Positions 18,219 through 26,242 of a stretch of DNA of 32,000 nucleotides are shown piece after piece. Under the pieces are notes generated by a model, which saw only the letters and a program-made list of their open reading frames with translations, had not been told where the DNA came from and searched no databases. Each line of letters begins with the position of its first letter. The stretch's first letter is position 1. Made by a program: the position numbers and the translations under genes. This DNA comes from a virus, in the IMG/VR virus record IMGVR_UViG_3300045988_184159, positions 1-32,000 of that record. One strand, written 5' to 3'.

Positions 18219-20092
18219 GTGAAGCAACAAATCAAACCATCGAATCTTATGTGAACCTGTACACTAAGTTCTTCCAAGAGCTTACACAGGAATACGGCTT
18301 CTCATTCTCAATATCAGAAGCGCTCAACGGCATCCAACATATTTCTGACCCGTTAGATGTAGAGGACGTGCTGTACACCATGCAGGGCGCTCTATGCCAT
18401 ACAAAAGAGGAATGCGACACATTTGAGGCAGTTTTCTGCAGGCGATTCTTGCAGTATTCCTACGCGCCAAAGCCAAAGGAATCTTCAATTCCTAAGAAAA
18501 GAGCAACGAATAGTGTTGCCACTTTTGTAGATATGCCCGATGATGCTCTGGAAGAGTGCCGTAAAAAGACACAAGCGAACAGAGACCAAGCACAAGCGGA
18601 CATAGAGAACTACCGCCGGTCTAACAGAGGAAAAGAATCGGTCAGTAACCAGCAAAAGGCAGTAGACGCTCTGCGCGAAGAAACCGAACAAAAACGCCAA
18701 GCTGTTTTGCAAGCATACGACGACTACCAGAAAGCAGTAGCATCTGTTACGCTTGCCGAAAACAGGCAGCTTGTAGACAAAATAGAGCAGCTATTGCAGA
18801 AGGTAAATACCGAGACGAACAGAGAGCTTGCTGCATACGGAATCATGGAGCGGCAATTGCGAAACTCTCTTGCTTCCGGCACTTCACAGGAGCTGGCTGT
18901 CTCTCAGAAACTCTTATTATCTGCTGCGGTCATTGCTCGTTCTGCAAAAGAAATATCTCTGTACATGGATTTCATCTCTCTTGCCAAGGCATTCCAAGAC
19001 TTGGCAAAAAGCGTGAAAACAAGTCAGTCTAAAGTGTCAGAAGATACTACCGTAAAGGTAGCAATTAAAGAACGTGTGGAAGCAACAGGGGAGTGGGAAA
19101 AAGCAAAAGAAGCTCTTCATAAAGCAGAAGCCGAGCTTGAGAAACAAGAGATGCAAAAGGCGTTGTATGAAAGCAATCTTCGCACTCGCGAAAAGAGAGT
19201 GACTTCTTACGATGCAATTCTTACGAACATTCGGAAAGCCCAGCAAGAGAAGCAAATGCAAAGCATTGAGAAGGAGCAGTCGCTCCGACATCGAGAAGTA
19301 TTCTCCGGAGGTCATAATGCGGTAAGAAGCAAAAAGCAAACGGATGCACTTCTCAACGAGGATGTCTCGAAGCTCTCTAATGCCGATATTGAGAAGGTCC
19401 TCACTTTTATCCGCACAAACGCCAAGACTTTCCGCCAAAAGCTTCGTAAGCTGTACATAACCCAGCAGAAAAAGCAAATCGACGTCAAAAAAACGATTGA
19501 GAAATCCGTCCAGTGTGATGGCGAGATTGCACGACTGTACTACAAAAAGCCGATAAAGTCCAAAGCAAATGTCGTGATGCTGGCGGATATTTCCGGGTCA
19601 TGCCGCGCTATGACTTCTCTCGCTCTGACGTACATGGGTCTGATGAGGGAAGTATTTCCCGGTGGCTGCCACCTGTTCGTTTTTGTGAACCACTTGGTTC
19701 CTGTAGACCGCTATTTCTCAAACGAGAATGTCACAGCGGCAGTAGAGAGCATCAACAAGAATGTTCCCAGCCGGGGCATCTACTCAAACTACGGCGTTCC
19801 TCTAAAGGAACTGCGCTACGACAATACCGGCATCATCAACAAGGATACTACTATCGTCATGTTGGGAGACTGCCGAAACAACAAGAACTATTCCGGCGTG
19901 GAAGAGGTTGAATGGCTTTCTAAGCGGGCATCCAACTTCTTCGTTCTGAACCCCGACCCGTTGAACAAATGGGGGCAAGGGGACTCTATTGCCGACCTCT
20001 ATGCCAAGAGTGGTGCGACGGTCTGCCGGGTGAGTTCAACGCAGGATTTGCTTACTTTTTTGGAGTTTGCAAGCCTCAGAAAGCAAGCCTAA
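18215..20092 (+). CDS. von Willebrand factor A domain protein with long coiled-coil region
   Basis: MIDAS VVMLADISGSCRAMTSLALTYM and IVMLGDCRN; long Glu/Lys/Gln-rich region upstream; ATGA overlap with MoxR gene. Confidence 0.85.
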   Translation: MSEATNQTIESYVNLYTKFFQELTQEYGFSFSISEALNGIQHISDPLDVEDVLYTMQGALCHTKEECDTFEAVFCRRFLQYSYAPKPKESSIPKKRATNSVATFVDMPDDALEECRKKTQANRDQAQADIENYRRSNRGKESVSNQQKAVDALREETEQKRQAVLQAYDDYQKAVASVTLAENRQLVDKIEQLLQKVNTETNRELAAYGIMERQLRNSLASGTSQELAVSQKLLLSAAVIARSAKEISLYMDFISLAKAFQDLAKSVKTSQSKVSEDTTVKVAIKERVEATGEWEKAKEALHKAEAELEKQEMQKALYESNLRTREKRVTSYDAILTNIRKAQQEKQMQSIEKEQSLRHREVFSGGHNAVRSKKQTDALLNEDVSKLSNADIEKVLTFIRTNAKTFRQKLRKLYITQQKKQIDVKKTIEKSVQCDGEIARLYYKKPIKSKANVVMLADISGSCRAMTSLALTYMGLMREVFPGGCHLFVFVNHLVPVDRYFSNENVTAAVESINKNVPSRGIYSNYGVPLKELRYDNTGIINKDTTIVMLGDCRNNKNYSGVEEVEWLSKRASNFFVLNPDPLNKWGQGDSIADLYAKSGATVCRVSSTQDLLTFLEFASLRKQA

Positions 20093-20098
20093 TACGCG

Positions 20099-20157
20099 AC
20101 CACAATATATGGTGTATGTCGCAATTTGTTTACATTCCATACACTATATATTGTGGT
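20099..20157. repeat. Inverted repeat, 20 bp arms, 1 mismatch
   Basis: ACCACAATATATGGTGTATG ... CATACACTATATATTGTGGT. Confidence 0.85.
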
Positions 20158-20164
20158 TTTCGTA

Positions 20165-20193
20165 TTGACTATCCGTACATATTGTGGTATAAT
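20165..20193 (+). promoter_or_regulatory. Promoter for start of tRNA array
   Basis: TTGACT -17 nt- TATAAT with TGTGG extended -10. Confidence 0.8.
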
Positions 20194-20238
20194 GCTAATG
20201 TACTCAGGAAAGGCGCTACAAGCAAATCTCCTGAACAT

Positions 20239-20311
20239 GCTCCTGTAGCTCAACTGGCAGAGCAACTGTCTTGTAATCAGTAGGTTGCAAGTTCGATTCT
20301 TGTCGGGAGCT
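20239..20311 (+). tRNA. tRNA-Thr(TGT)
   Basis: Acceptor GCTCCTG/CGGGAGC; loop CTTGTAA; T-arm GTTCGATTC. Confidence 0.9.
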
Positions 20312-20460
20312 TTTGGCAAGCCAGCCTGCATCTGGTTTGCACGGGCACTTCGGCAACATCTGAAGCGCCTTGCCACTCGTTAAGACGACCTCCACGCGGT
20401 GAGTGGTGGGCAGCGGGGTTAAATCCGTTGGCTGACGTCTTATAAGATTGAAAGTAATCG
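20312..20460 (+). ncRNA. Recurrent structured RNA module, copy 1
   Basis: GCAAGCCAG/CTGGTTTGC hairpin; outer stem CCACTC/GAGTGG; cap ACC-tccacgc-GGT; GGGCAGCGG/CCGTTGGCTGACG. Confidence 0.65.
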
Positions 20461-20526
20461 GCGGGTCGCAGGTTTAAGTCCTGTCGAGAGACCCCGCGCT
20501 ACCAAGAAATTGGTGGCGCATCATGA

Positions 20527-20601
20527 CACGGGGTGTAGCAATGGTAGCTTGCCAGTCCCATACGCTGGCGGTTGTGGGTTCAAGTCCCATCCCCGTACCC
20601 A
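20527..20601 (+). tRNA. tRNA-Met(CAT)
   Basis: Loop CCCATAC, T-arm GTGGGTTCAAGTCCCAT, encoded CCA; first acceptor pair mismatched. Confidence 0.8.
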
Positions 20602-20677
20602 CGTCCTGACCGAGACGTAAAGCCGGTCAAATACCAACCCATGCAGCCACCTGTCTTGCGTCATGGGTTGGTCATAT

Positions 20678-20754
20678 GGCTCGATAGTTCAACAGGTTAG
20701 AGCACCAGCCTGTCACGCTGGAAGTTGTCGGTTCGAGCCCGATTCGAGTCGCCA
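20678..20754 (+). tRNA. tRNA-Asp(GTC)
   Basis: CCAGC-CTGTCAC-GCTGG, acceptor GGCTCGA/TCGAGTC, CCA encoded. Confidence 0.9.
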
Positions 20755-20899
20755 TTGGGTGTAGTACAAGGGAATGCGTCAATCGCGCGATAAGGCGTAA
20801 TAGTGGAGTACAGGTGCGACGCGTAAGCACGAACTACGGTGGTGAGACACCACCCACCCAAAACACATCCATCGGTCAGATGTAAAATGACCGAAATAT

Positions 20900-20988
20900 T
20901 CTGGTGTCGAATACGAAGGTTGTAATATACCACCGGTTAATTCGCTCGTTGCGCACGAGAAAAGATGGTTCGACTCCATCCACCAGAG
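20900..20988 (+). tRNA. Atypical or degenerate tRNA-like element (no confident anticodon)
   Basis: Acceptor TCTGGTG/CACCAGA, T-arm GATGGTTCGACTCCATC, variable-arm-like CTCG..CGAG; D and anticodon arms do not fit cleanly. Confidence 0.35.
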
Positions 20989-21180
20989 CCGCGACCCGCT
21001 GAGGTAGCCCTAACGGGTCGAAATCTAACAAGGAGGACAGTCCGATGCAGAAGTAATTCTCGTCCGAATGTCGACATCAAAGAAAGGGACACACCAATGC
21101 ACTAAGTAACGTCCGCATAGACGCAACAGTGAAAGGGTCACTCCGATGATGTAAACCACCTTGTGGCGGGTAGCTACCGC

Positions 21181-21310
21181 CAACGCAAGCTAGTCCACAT
21201 CTGGCTTGCATGGGTACGCCGGTCATTATCGACGTACCTTGCCGCTCATGAAGACAGCCTCCACGTGGCGAGCGGTGGACAGCGACTATAGCAGCCGCTG
21301 ACGAATGCCT
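21181..21310 (+). ncRNA. Recurrent structured RNA module, copy 2
   Basis: GCAAGCTAG/CTGGCTTGC; outer CCGCTC/GAGCGG; cap GCC-tccacgt-GGC; CAGCG/CGCTG. Confidence 0.65.
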
Positions 21311-21753
21311 CCAACGGAACCGCACTACGACTCCCTGCGTGAGCGGTATCCAAAAGGTCAGGAAGCCGTGTGGGCGAGTGCTTCCTCTTGTGCTTGGCGC
21401 AGAAACAACAAATCTCGTCCCATCAAGCATGCAGACGTACGAGCATCCCCGTTAAGCCGGGGCGCAGCCAGACGCGACACAGCCGCCAAGGCGGGACTGC
21501 TGCACGGCAACTGGTAAGTATGCCGCAGTCCCAGACAAAGCCCACAGCAAGAGCCGCCCATGTACTTGGGCGGACAAATAGGGCTGCAAGAATCGAAGTT
21601 GACCAACGCTCAAGTGCTTTCCCGGATTCCCTTGCCCAGTCAGCATTGTGGATTCGCGGGATTGCTAGAGGGTGTAAAGATGATGTTCGGGGTTGACCAC
21701 CTCCAAAACGAGCATCATGGCGGGGCTAAGTGAGGGTTCACCCGCAATTTTAT

Positions 21754-21828
21754 GGAGTATTCGTATAACGGTTAATACCTCTGCCCTCCAAGCAGATGAC
21801 GTCGGTTCGACCCCGATATACTCCTCCA
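21754..21828 (+). tRNA. tRNA-Gly(TCC)
   Basis: Acceptor GGAGTAT/ATACTCC, loop CCTCCAA, CCA encoded. Confidence 0.9.
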
Positions 21829-21830
21829 AT

Positions 21831-21925
21831 GTCCCTGCGCTGACAGCCTCCTTGTGGCAAGGGATGGACAACAGATGCTGCAGCATCTGGCTAATGTCTA
21901 GCACAAAGATTGAAATCAAACGGGC
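21831..21925 (+). ncRNA. Recurrent structured RNA module, copy 3
   Basis: Outer GTCCCT/AGGGAT; cap GCC-tccttgt-GGC; GGACAA-CAGATG/CATCTG-GCTAATG. Confidence 0.65.
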
Positions 21926-22231
21926 GGTGTCGGTTCAATTCCGATATATTGCCCCACGTCGCCGTCACCGTACACCACGACGTTAAACTGGTGAGCATGG
22001 TCCACTTGTGGTCCGCTGTCCGAATGCCAATGGACAGCCTATAAAAGAATAGGCAAACAGGTGCTGTGCCTGAGAGTATCCGAGAGTCCCGGTGTCAGTC
22101 GCGAATGAGACCGGAAAACAGCGGAGAGGGTACAATGCAGAATCCGTCGGCGTGGCTGCCGAATGGTGCTGGAAGAAAAGGGTTGGCTGCCCTGATTGCG
22201 GGATGATAACCAGTATAAAACATCCTACCGT

Positions 22232-22307
22232 GCTTGGTTAGCTCAGCAGGTAGAGCGGCGCATTCGTAATGCGCAGGTCGGCAGTTCGAATCTGCCACTA
22301 AGCTCCA
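22232..22307 (+). tRNA. tRNA-Thr(CGT)
   Basis: GCGCA-TTCGTAA-TGCGC; acceptor GCTTGGT/ACTAAGC; CCA encoded. Confidence 0.9.
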
Positions 22308-22510
22308 CGGTCCGATTGGGTGACGCGCTCTTTGAGAATCCGCCCAAGAAGCTGTCAGCGGGGGCATGCACTTGCTGACGGTTGGCTAAGTCCTTACGGA
22401 AGTCGTCGTAGCCGGAACCGAACACGAATAGGCGACGTAAAGCCCCGCATGGCAAAGCGTTATCTGCTATAGCGCATGACAACTCTAACATAGAAGGGAG
22501 GTTGACTCCA

Positions 22511-22894
22511 ATGGAGCAGGCAATTATCAATGTCGAAGGAACTTCAACTATCGAGACTGCAGCAGCAGCCAAAAAGCTGATTGAGACATTCGGGAGCCAG
22601 AACATCCGCGCCATCTCGGTTAAACGCGTGAACGAGAATAGCAACGAGGTCGTTGTTGAACTCGATTTTGTTCCGGGTCTTGCACAGCATCTGCACGGTT
22701 TCACTATGCAGGTCAACGGCTTGACCGCAGGCTACGACGGCACCGGTCCCTCAAACCTGTACGAAGTCCTGCAGGCGGCTGGCGTAAGCGAAACGCTGGT
22801 AACGTGTGAAGACATCACACAGAAGGATGCCAAAACTATCCCGCTGCATCTGGAGCGCGAGGTCAAACAGTACGGCGGCTATCAGTACGCCTAA
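22511..22894 (+). CDS. Hypothetical small protein
   Basis: AAGGGAGG RBS, coherent 127 aa ORF inside the tRNA array. Confidence 0.8.
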   Translation: MEQAIINVEGTSTIETAAAAKKLIETFGSQNIRAISVKRVNENSNEVVVELDFVPGLAQHLHGFTMQVNGLTAGYDGTGPSNLYEVLQAAGVSETLVTCEDITQKDAKTIPLHLEREVKQYGGYQYA

Positions 22895-23073
22895 AGAAAG
22901 CATTCCCTATGTCGACAGCCTCTTTGGAGGTAGGGATGAACAATAGACAGCACGAGCGTCTAACAAAATGTCGAATTAAGATTGAAAGAAAATGGACTTG
23001 ATTGCGTGTACTGTATCACGGTACACGAGTCATTTTCGTGTGGAGCCCTTTGGCGGGTGCATCCCGCCATCAT

Positions 23074-23149
23074 GGGGATATAGCTCAGTTGGGAGAGCAC
23101 CTGCTTTGCAAGCAGGGGGTCGAGGGTTCGAATCCCTTTATCTCCACCA
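23074..23149 (+). tRNA. tRNA-Ala(TGC)
   Basis: CCTGC-TTTGCAA-GCAGG; GGGGATA/TATCTCC; CCA encoded. Confidence 0.95.
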
Positions 23150-23325
23150 ACAGGGTCGCTTCGTTTTCTGCGATGGCCTACCCTGGGCTTGATTGTGTAC
23201 TGTTTCGTACAGTACGAGTCATTATCGCGCGGAACTCCTATAACTATGACCACGAAGACGAACGCCTCGTCCGCGCCGCTTGGACAAGCGAATTACACGG
23301 GGCATCGTCAAGCCGAAAAAATGTA

Positions 23326-23458
23326 GTGTCGAGTGGCGAAATCGGCTGCGACATTGGCGAGGAGCACCACCCTCGTCAGTCTCCCTTGCTAACAACCTCC
23401 ACGGGGTGGGAGATGGGCAACAGATGCCAATAACATCTGGCTAATAGTAAGCAATCAA
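23326..23458 (+). ncRNA. Recurrent structured RNA module, copy 4
   Basis: TGTCG[agTGGCGAAATCGGCTG]CGACA; outer TCTCCC/GGGAGA; cap ACC-tccacgg-GGT; CAGATG/CATCTG-GCTAATA. Confidence 0.65.
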
Positions 23459-23563
23459 AGCGCGGACCTCCTTTAAAAACCATGCCACGTGCATTACACA
23501 TCTTGCCGCGCTCCGGTCGCTACGTCCCGGTAAAACAAGATATGCAACAAGCCGTAACAATCA

Positions 23564-23690
23564 TACCGTGTGGCGAAACCGGCTGCGGTATGGGCAGGAT
23601 AAGTTCCCGCCAGTTACTCAATCAAGACAACCTCTGCGCGGTGAGTGACAGGCAACGGATACAATGTATCCGGCAAATCGTCTTATAAAC
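23564..23690 (+). ncRNA. Recurrent structured RNA module, copy 5
   Basis: TACCG[tgTGGCGAAACCGGCTG]CGGTA; outer GTTACTC/GAGTGAC; cap ACC-tctgcgc-GGT; CGGATAC/GTATCCG. Confidence 0.65.
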
Positions 23691-23699
23691 AAAATACAT

Positions 23700-23788
23700 G
23701 GTTGGGTGTCCGAGAGGTCTATGGAACCGGTCTTGAAAACCGGCGATGCCGCAAGTGTCCGTGGGTTCGAATCCCACCCCTACCGCCA
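23700..23788 (+). tRNA. tRNA-Ser(TGA)
   Basis: CCGGT-CTTGAAA-ACCGG; variable arm; T-arm GTGGGTTCGAATCCCAC; CCA encoded. Confidence 0.9.
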
Positions 23789-23834
23789 TTCTGCCGGGCA
23801 TCGTCCCGGCTTTCTTTGTTTGTTGGAGGGTATC

Positions 23835-24566
23835 ATGACCAAGCAAGAACTTGCCGAGATGGTCACAAAAGCCAAGCTGTGGGCAATCGAAGCTCACGCA
23901 GGGCAAAAAGATAAAGCAGGGAAGGACTACTTTGAGGCGCATGTCTCTGTAGTCGCCAAGGAGGTTAAAGGAGACCCAGTAGCTGAAGCTGCCGCTTTCC
24001 TGCATGACACAGTGGAAGACACCACACTTACGATGGAGGACATCCGAGCAGCATTCCCGAAAGAGGTCGCCGATGCGGTAGAAGCCTTGACCCGCAAGAA
24101 AGGGATGTCTTATGCCGAATACCTTTGGCACATTCAGCAGAACCATACTGCTATCAAAGTAAAACTCTCTGACCTGCGCAACAACATGGATTTGAGCAGG
24201 CTACCACACGAACCGACCAAGAAAGACCTCGCACGAACGAAGAAGTATAGCCGAGCTTACGCAATGCTCAGTGGTATCCACGATACCCCTTATAGCATCT
24301 CTGAGGTAAACCCTTACGCACTTTACGACTACCTTCTCTCTACCAGTTGGGAGAAAGCAGAAAAGCAAAAGAAAAGCAGTGAAGTAGTCGTTCTGAAAGC
24401 GCCTGCTGATAGCCTTACTATTTCGGTTCCTATCGACATGACGCTTCCGGACTATGAGACGATGATGGGGGAAGCCGTGACCAGACTGTGCGTACATGAG
24501 GACGCTCCGCGCCCCGATGTTCTGGATACAATCATCCATTGGAAGCCGTTGCCGAAAGAACAGTAA
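23835..24566 (+). CDS. HD-domain protein resembling RelA/SpoT hydrolase domain
   Basis: AIEAHAGQKDKAGKDYFEAHV, AAAFLHDTVEDTTLT, AIKVKLSDLRNNMDLSR. Confidence 0.75.
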   Translation: MTKQELAEMVTKAKLWAIEAHAGQKDKAGKDYFEAHVSVVAKEVKGDPVAEAAAFLHDTVEDTTLTMEDIRAAFPKEVADAVEALTRKKGMSYAEYLWHIQQNHTAIKVKLSDLRNNMDLSRLPHEPTKKDLARTKKYSRAYAMLSGIHDTPYSISEVNPYALYDYLLSTSWEKAEKQKKSSEVVVLKAPADSLTISVPIDMTLPDYETMMGEAVTRLCVHEDAPRPDVLDTIIHWKPLPKEQ

Positions 24567-24655
24567 GCAACCTCATAGACTTGCGTTTCTGTTGCTGCTC
24601 TTGTGGCTAAACTGTTAATTTCACGGCTCAAACCACTATATATTGTGTTTTCGTA

Positions 24656-24684
24656 TTGACTATTTCCACATGATGTGGTATAAT
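24656..24684 (+). promoter_or_regulatory. Promoter, near-copy of the one at 20165
   Basis: TTGACT -17 nt- TATAAT with preceding ACTATATATTGTGTTTTCGTA block shared with 20141-20165. Confidence 0.8.
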
Positions 24685-24924
24685 GATGATACTGAAACAA
24701 CGAAAGGAAATCAGCCGATGTTCGCCACTATGTTGAACCAACAGAATAGCTCACAAGGGCTGCGGAGCATAAATCTCCTCGGTCAAGTTGTGTTGTCTGT
24801 ACAGGGTCATCATAGCGCGGTAGTTGCGGGTTAAATAAAGCCTGCACCCCATCGGAAGTTCCGTTTCATCTCGCTATGACAGCACCCTCAGGCATAAAAT
24901 GTCTGCCGGGTGCTTTTTACATGT

Positions 24925-24997
24925 TGGGTTGTCGCCAAGCGGTAAGGCACGGGACTTTGACTCCCGCATTTCGCGAGTTCGAATCTCGCCAATCCAA
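24925..24997 (+). tRNA. tRNA-Gln(TTG)
   Basis: CGGGA-CTTTGAC-TCCCG; acceptor TGGGTTG/CAATCCA. Confidence 0.9.
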
Positions 24998-25077
24998 TTT
25001 GACGATATATCGCCATACTTTTGCAACGATGTAAAGTCATCCATACCATACAACATCCGAAAAAGGAGGTGATTCTA

Positions 25078-25266
25078 ATGGCTACCGCACGCAAAACTGC
25101 TGTTATCTATGTCGAGGTCGGCGCAGACAAGAAGCAGGTCAAACTGGAGGACATCCAGAAGGCGGTCAAGACTGTCGAAGGCACCAAGAATGCCTACGTC
25201 AACGCTGCCGACGCCGCAGTGTATTGTGTTGATGCTGACGGCAAGACCACGAAGGTCGAGCTGTAA
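25078..25266 (+). CDS. Small conserved-looking protein
   Basis: AAAGGAGG RBS; MATARKTAVIYVEVGADKKQVKLEDIQKAVKTVEG... Confidence 0.75.
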   Translation: MATARKTAVIYVEVGADKKQVKLEDIQKAVKTVEGTKNAYVNAADAAVYCVDADGKTTKVEL

Positions 25267-25305
25267 AGCGTCTTTTCCCGTCGCCCGTTAAGCGGACGAC
25301 TTCGT

Positions 25306-25381
25306 GGGAGTTTAGCTCAGCTGGGAGAGCATCTGCCTTACAAGCAGAGGGTCAGTGGTTCGAGCCCGCCAATTCCCACCA
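25306..25381 (+). tRNA. tRNA-Val(TAC)
   Basis: TCTGC-CTTACAA-GCAGA; GGGAGTT/AATTCCC; CCA encoded. Confidence 0.9.
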
Positions 25382-25476
25382 AAGGTTCCTGGCTCCCTAG
25401 AAAAAGCCAGTGGTGGAGCTGATGGGTTAATACCATCACAAAACAGTGCATGTGCTGCCAATCACATGCCTTTCAT

Positions 25477-25876
25477 GGGCCCGTAATGGTTTTCGACAGG
25501 GTATGGAAGATTTCATGTCGCGGGTATGGTTCCGCCTCAAGGACCACCTTAAAAAGTAACTGACAACAATCGTTACGCTTCTCCTATCGCTGCTTAATTA
25601 AGCAGACGGAGACCAAAACAACGCACCATCTCGCGGGTAAGCGTGTGAGGTTCAAAGGTACGCAAGATATGTACGGCGCAGAATAAAACCGGAACCGTCT
25701 GAAGTCTAAGTACACCGAGACGCAAATCATGGTGAGCGTGGTCATCTGTCCGCTGCAAAAGGTTCGTCGCACGACCAGACAAACAGTCCAAAGTTGTCAA
25801 TCATGTGACTATCGCGTAAGTAATCATGGAATTGGATATATGCTGGACACGAGTTCGACTCTCGTCGGGTCCACCA
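25477..25876 (+). ncRNA. ssrA: tmRNA
   Basis: 5' GGGCCCG..TTTTCGACAGGG and 3' ACGAGTTCGACTCTCGTCGGGTCCACCA pair as a tRNA-like domain; internal tag frame ...GACAACAATCGTTACGCTTCTCCTATCGCTGCTTAA. Confidence 0.92.
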
Positions 25877-25931
25877 GAATAGCGTATTTACGCTATATTT
25901 TAATTTAAGGCGGCGCAAAAGCCGCCATCAT

Positions 25932-26008
25932 GCTCCCGTAGCTCAGTTGGTTAGAGCATCTGACTGTTAATCAGAGGGTCGTCCGTTCGAGCCGGACCGG
26001 AAGCGCCA
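25932..26008 (+). tRNA. tRNA-Asn(GTT)
   Basis: TCTGA-CTGTTAA-TCAGA; CCA encoded. Confidence 0.92.
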
Positions 26009-26011
26009 TAA

Positions 26012-26086
26012 GGGCTGTTTGTTCAACGGTTAGAACTCTTGGCTCATAACCGAGGTACGCGGGTTCGACCCCTGCACAGCCCACCA
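26012..26086 (+). tRNA. tRNA-Met(CAT)
   Basis: CTTGG-CTCATAA-CCGAG; GGGCTGT/ACAGCCC; CCA encoded. Confidence 0.92.
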
Positions 26087-26133
26087 TTTAGTTCAAATCC
26101 TAACATCTGGCAGTATGTCAACTACCATCATAT

Positions 26134-26211
26134 GCTCCTGTGGTGGAATTGGCAGACACGACACACTCAAAATGTGTTTATCTATGGGTTCGAGTCCCAT
26201 CGGGAGTACCA
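26134..26211 (+). tRNA. tRNA-Leu(CAA)
   Basis: ACACA-CTCAAAA-TGTGT; GTGGTGGAATTGGCAGACACG; CCA encoded; short variable region. Confidence 0.85.
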
Positions 26212-26242
26212 CGTCCAGCAGTACGATAACTGCTAATCATAT

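Noticed and set aside
21305-21517. Possible small protein MPPTEPHYDSLRERYPKGQEAVWASAS...
   Set aside because: Composition of the first half is protein-like, but there is no clear RBS and it starts inside the 3' part of module copy 2. Left unannotated rather than excluded.
21077-22367. Long minus-strand ORFs (21077-21430, 22095-22367, 22243-22716) in the ORF track
   Set aside because: They overlap tRNAs, structured RNA modules or a well-supported + strand gene, have no convincing RBS, and read as chance ORFs in GC-rich RNA genes.
23002-23688. Plus-strand ORFs 23002-23433 and 23482-23688 as proteins
   Set aside because: The first runs through tRNA-Ala(TGC), and both run through module copies 4 and 5; the similarity between their peptides is explained by the RNA repeat.
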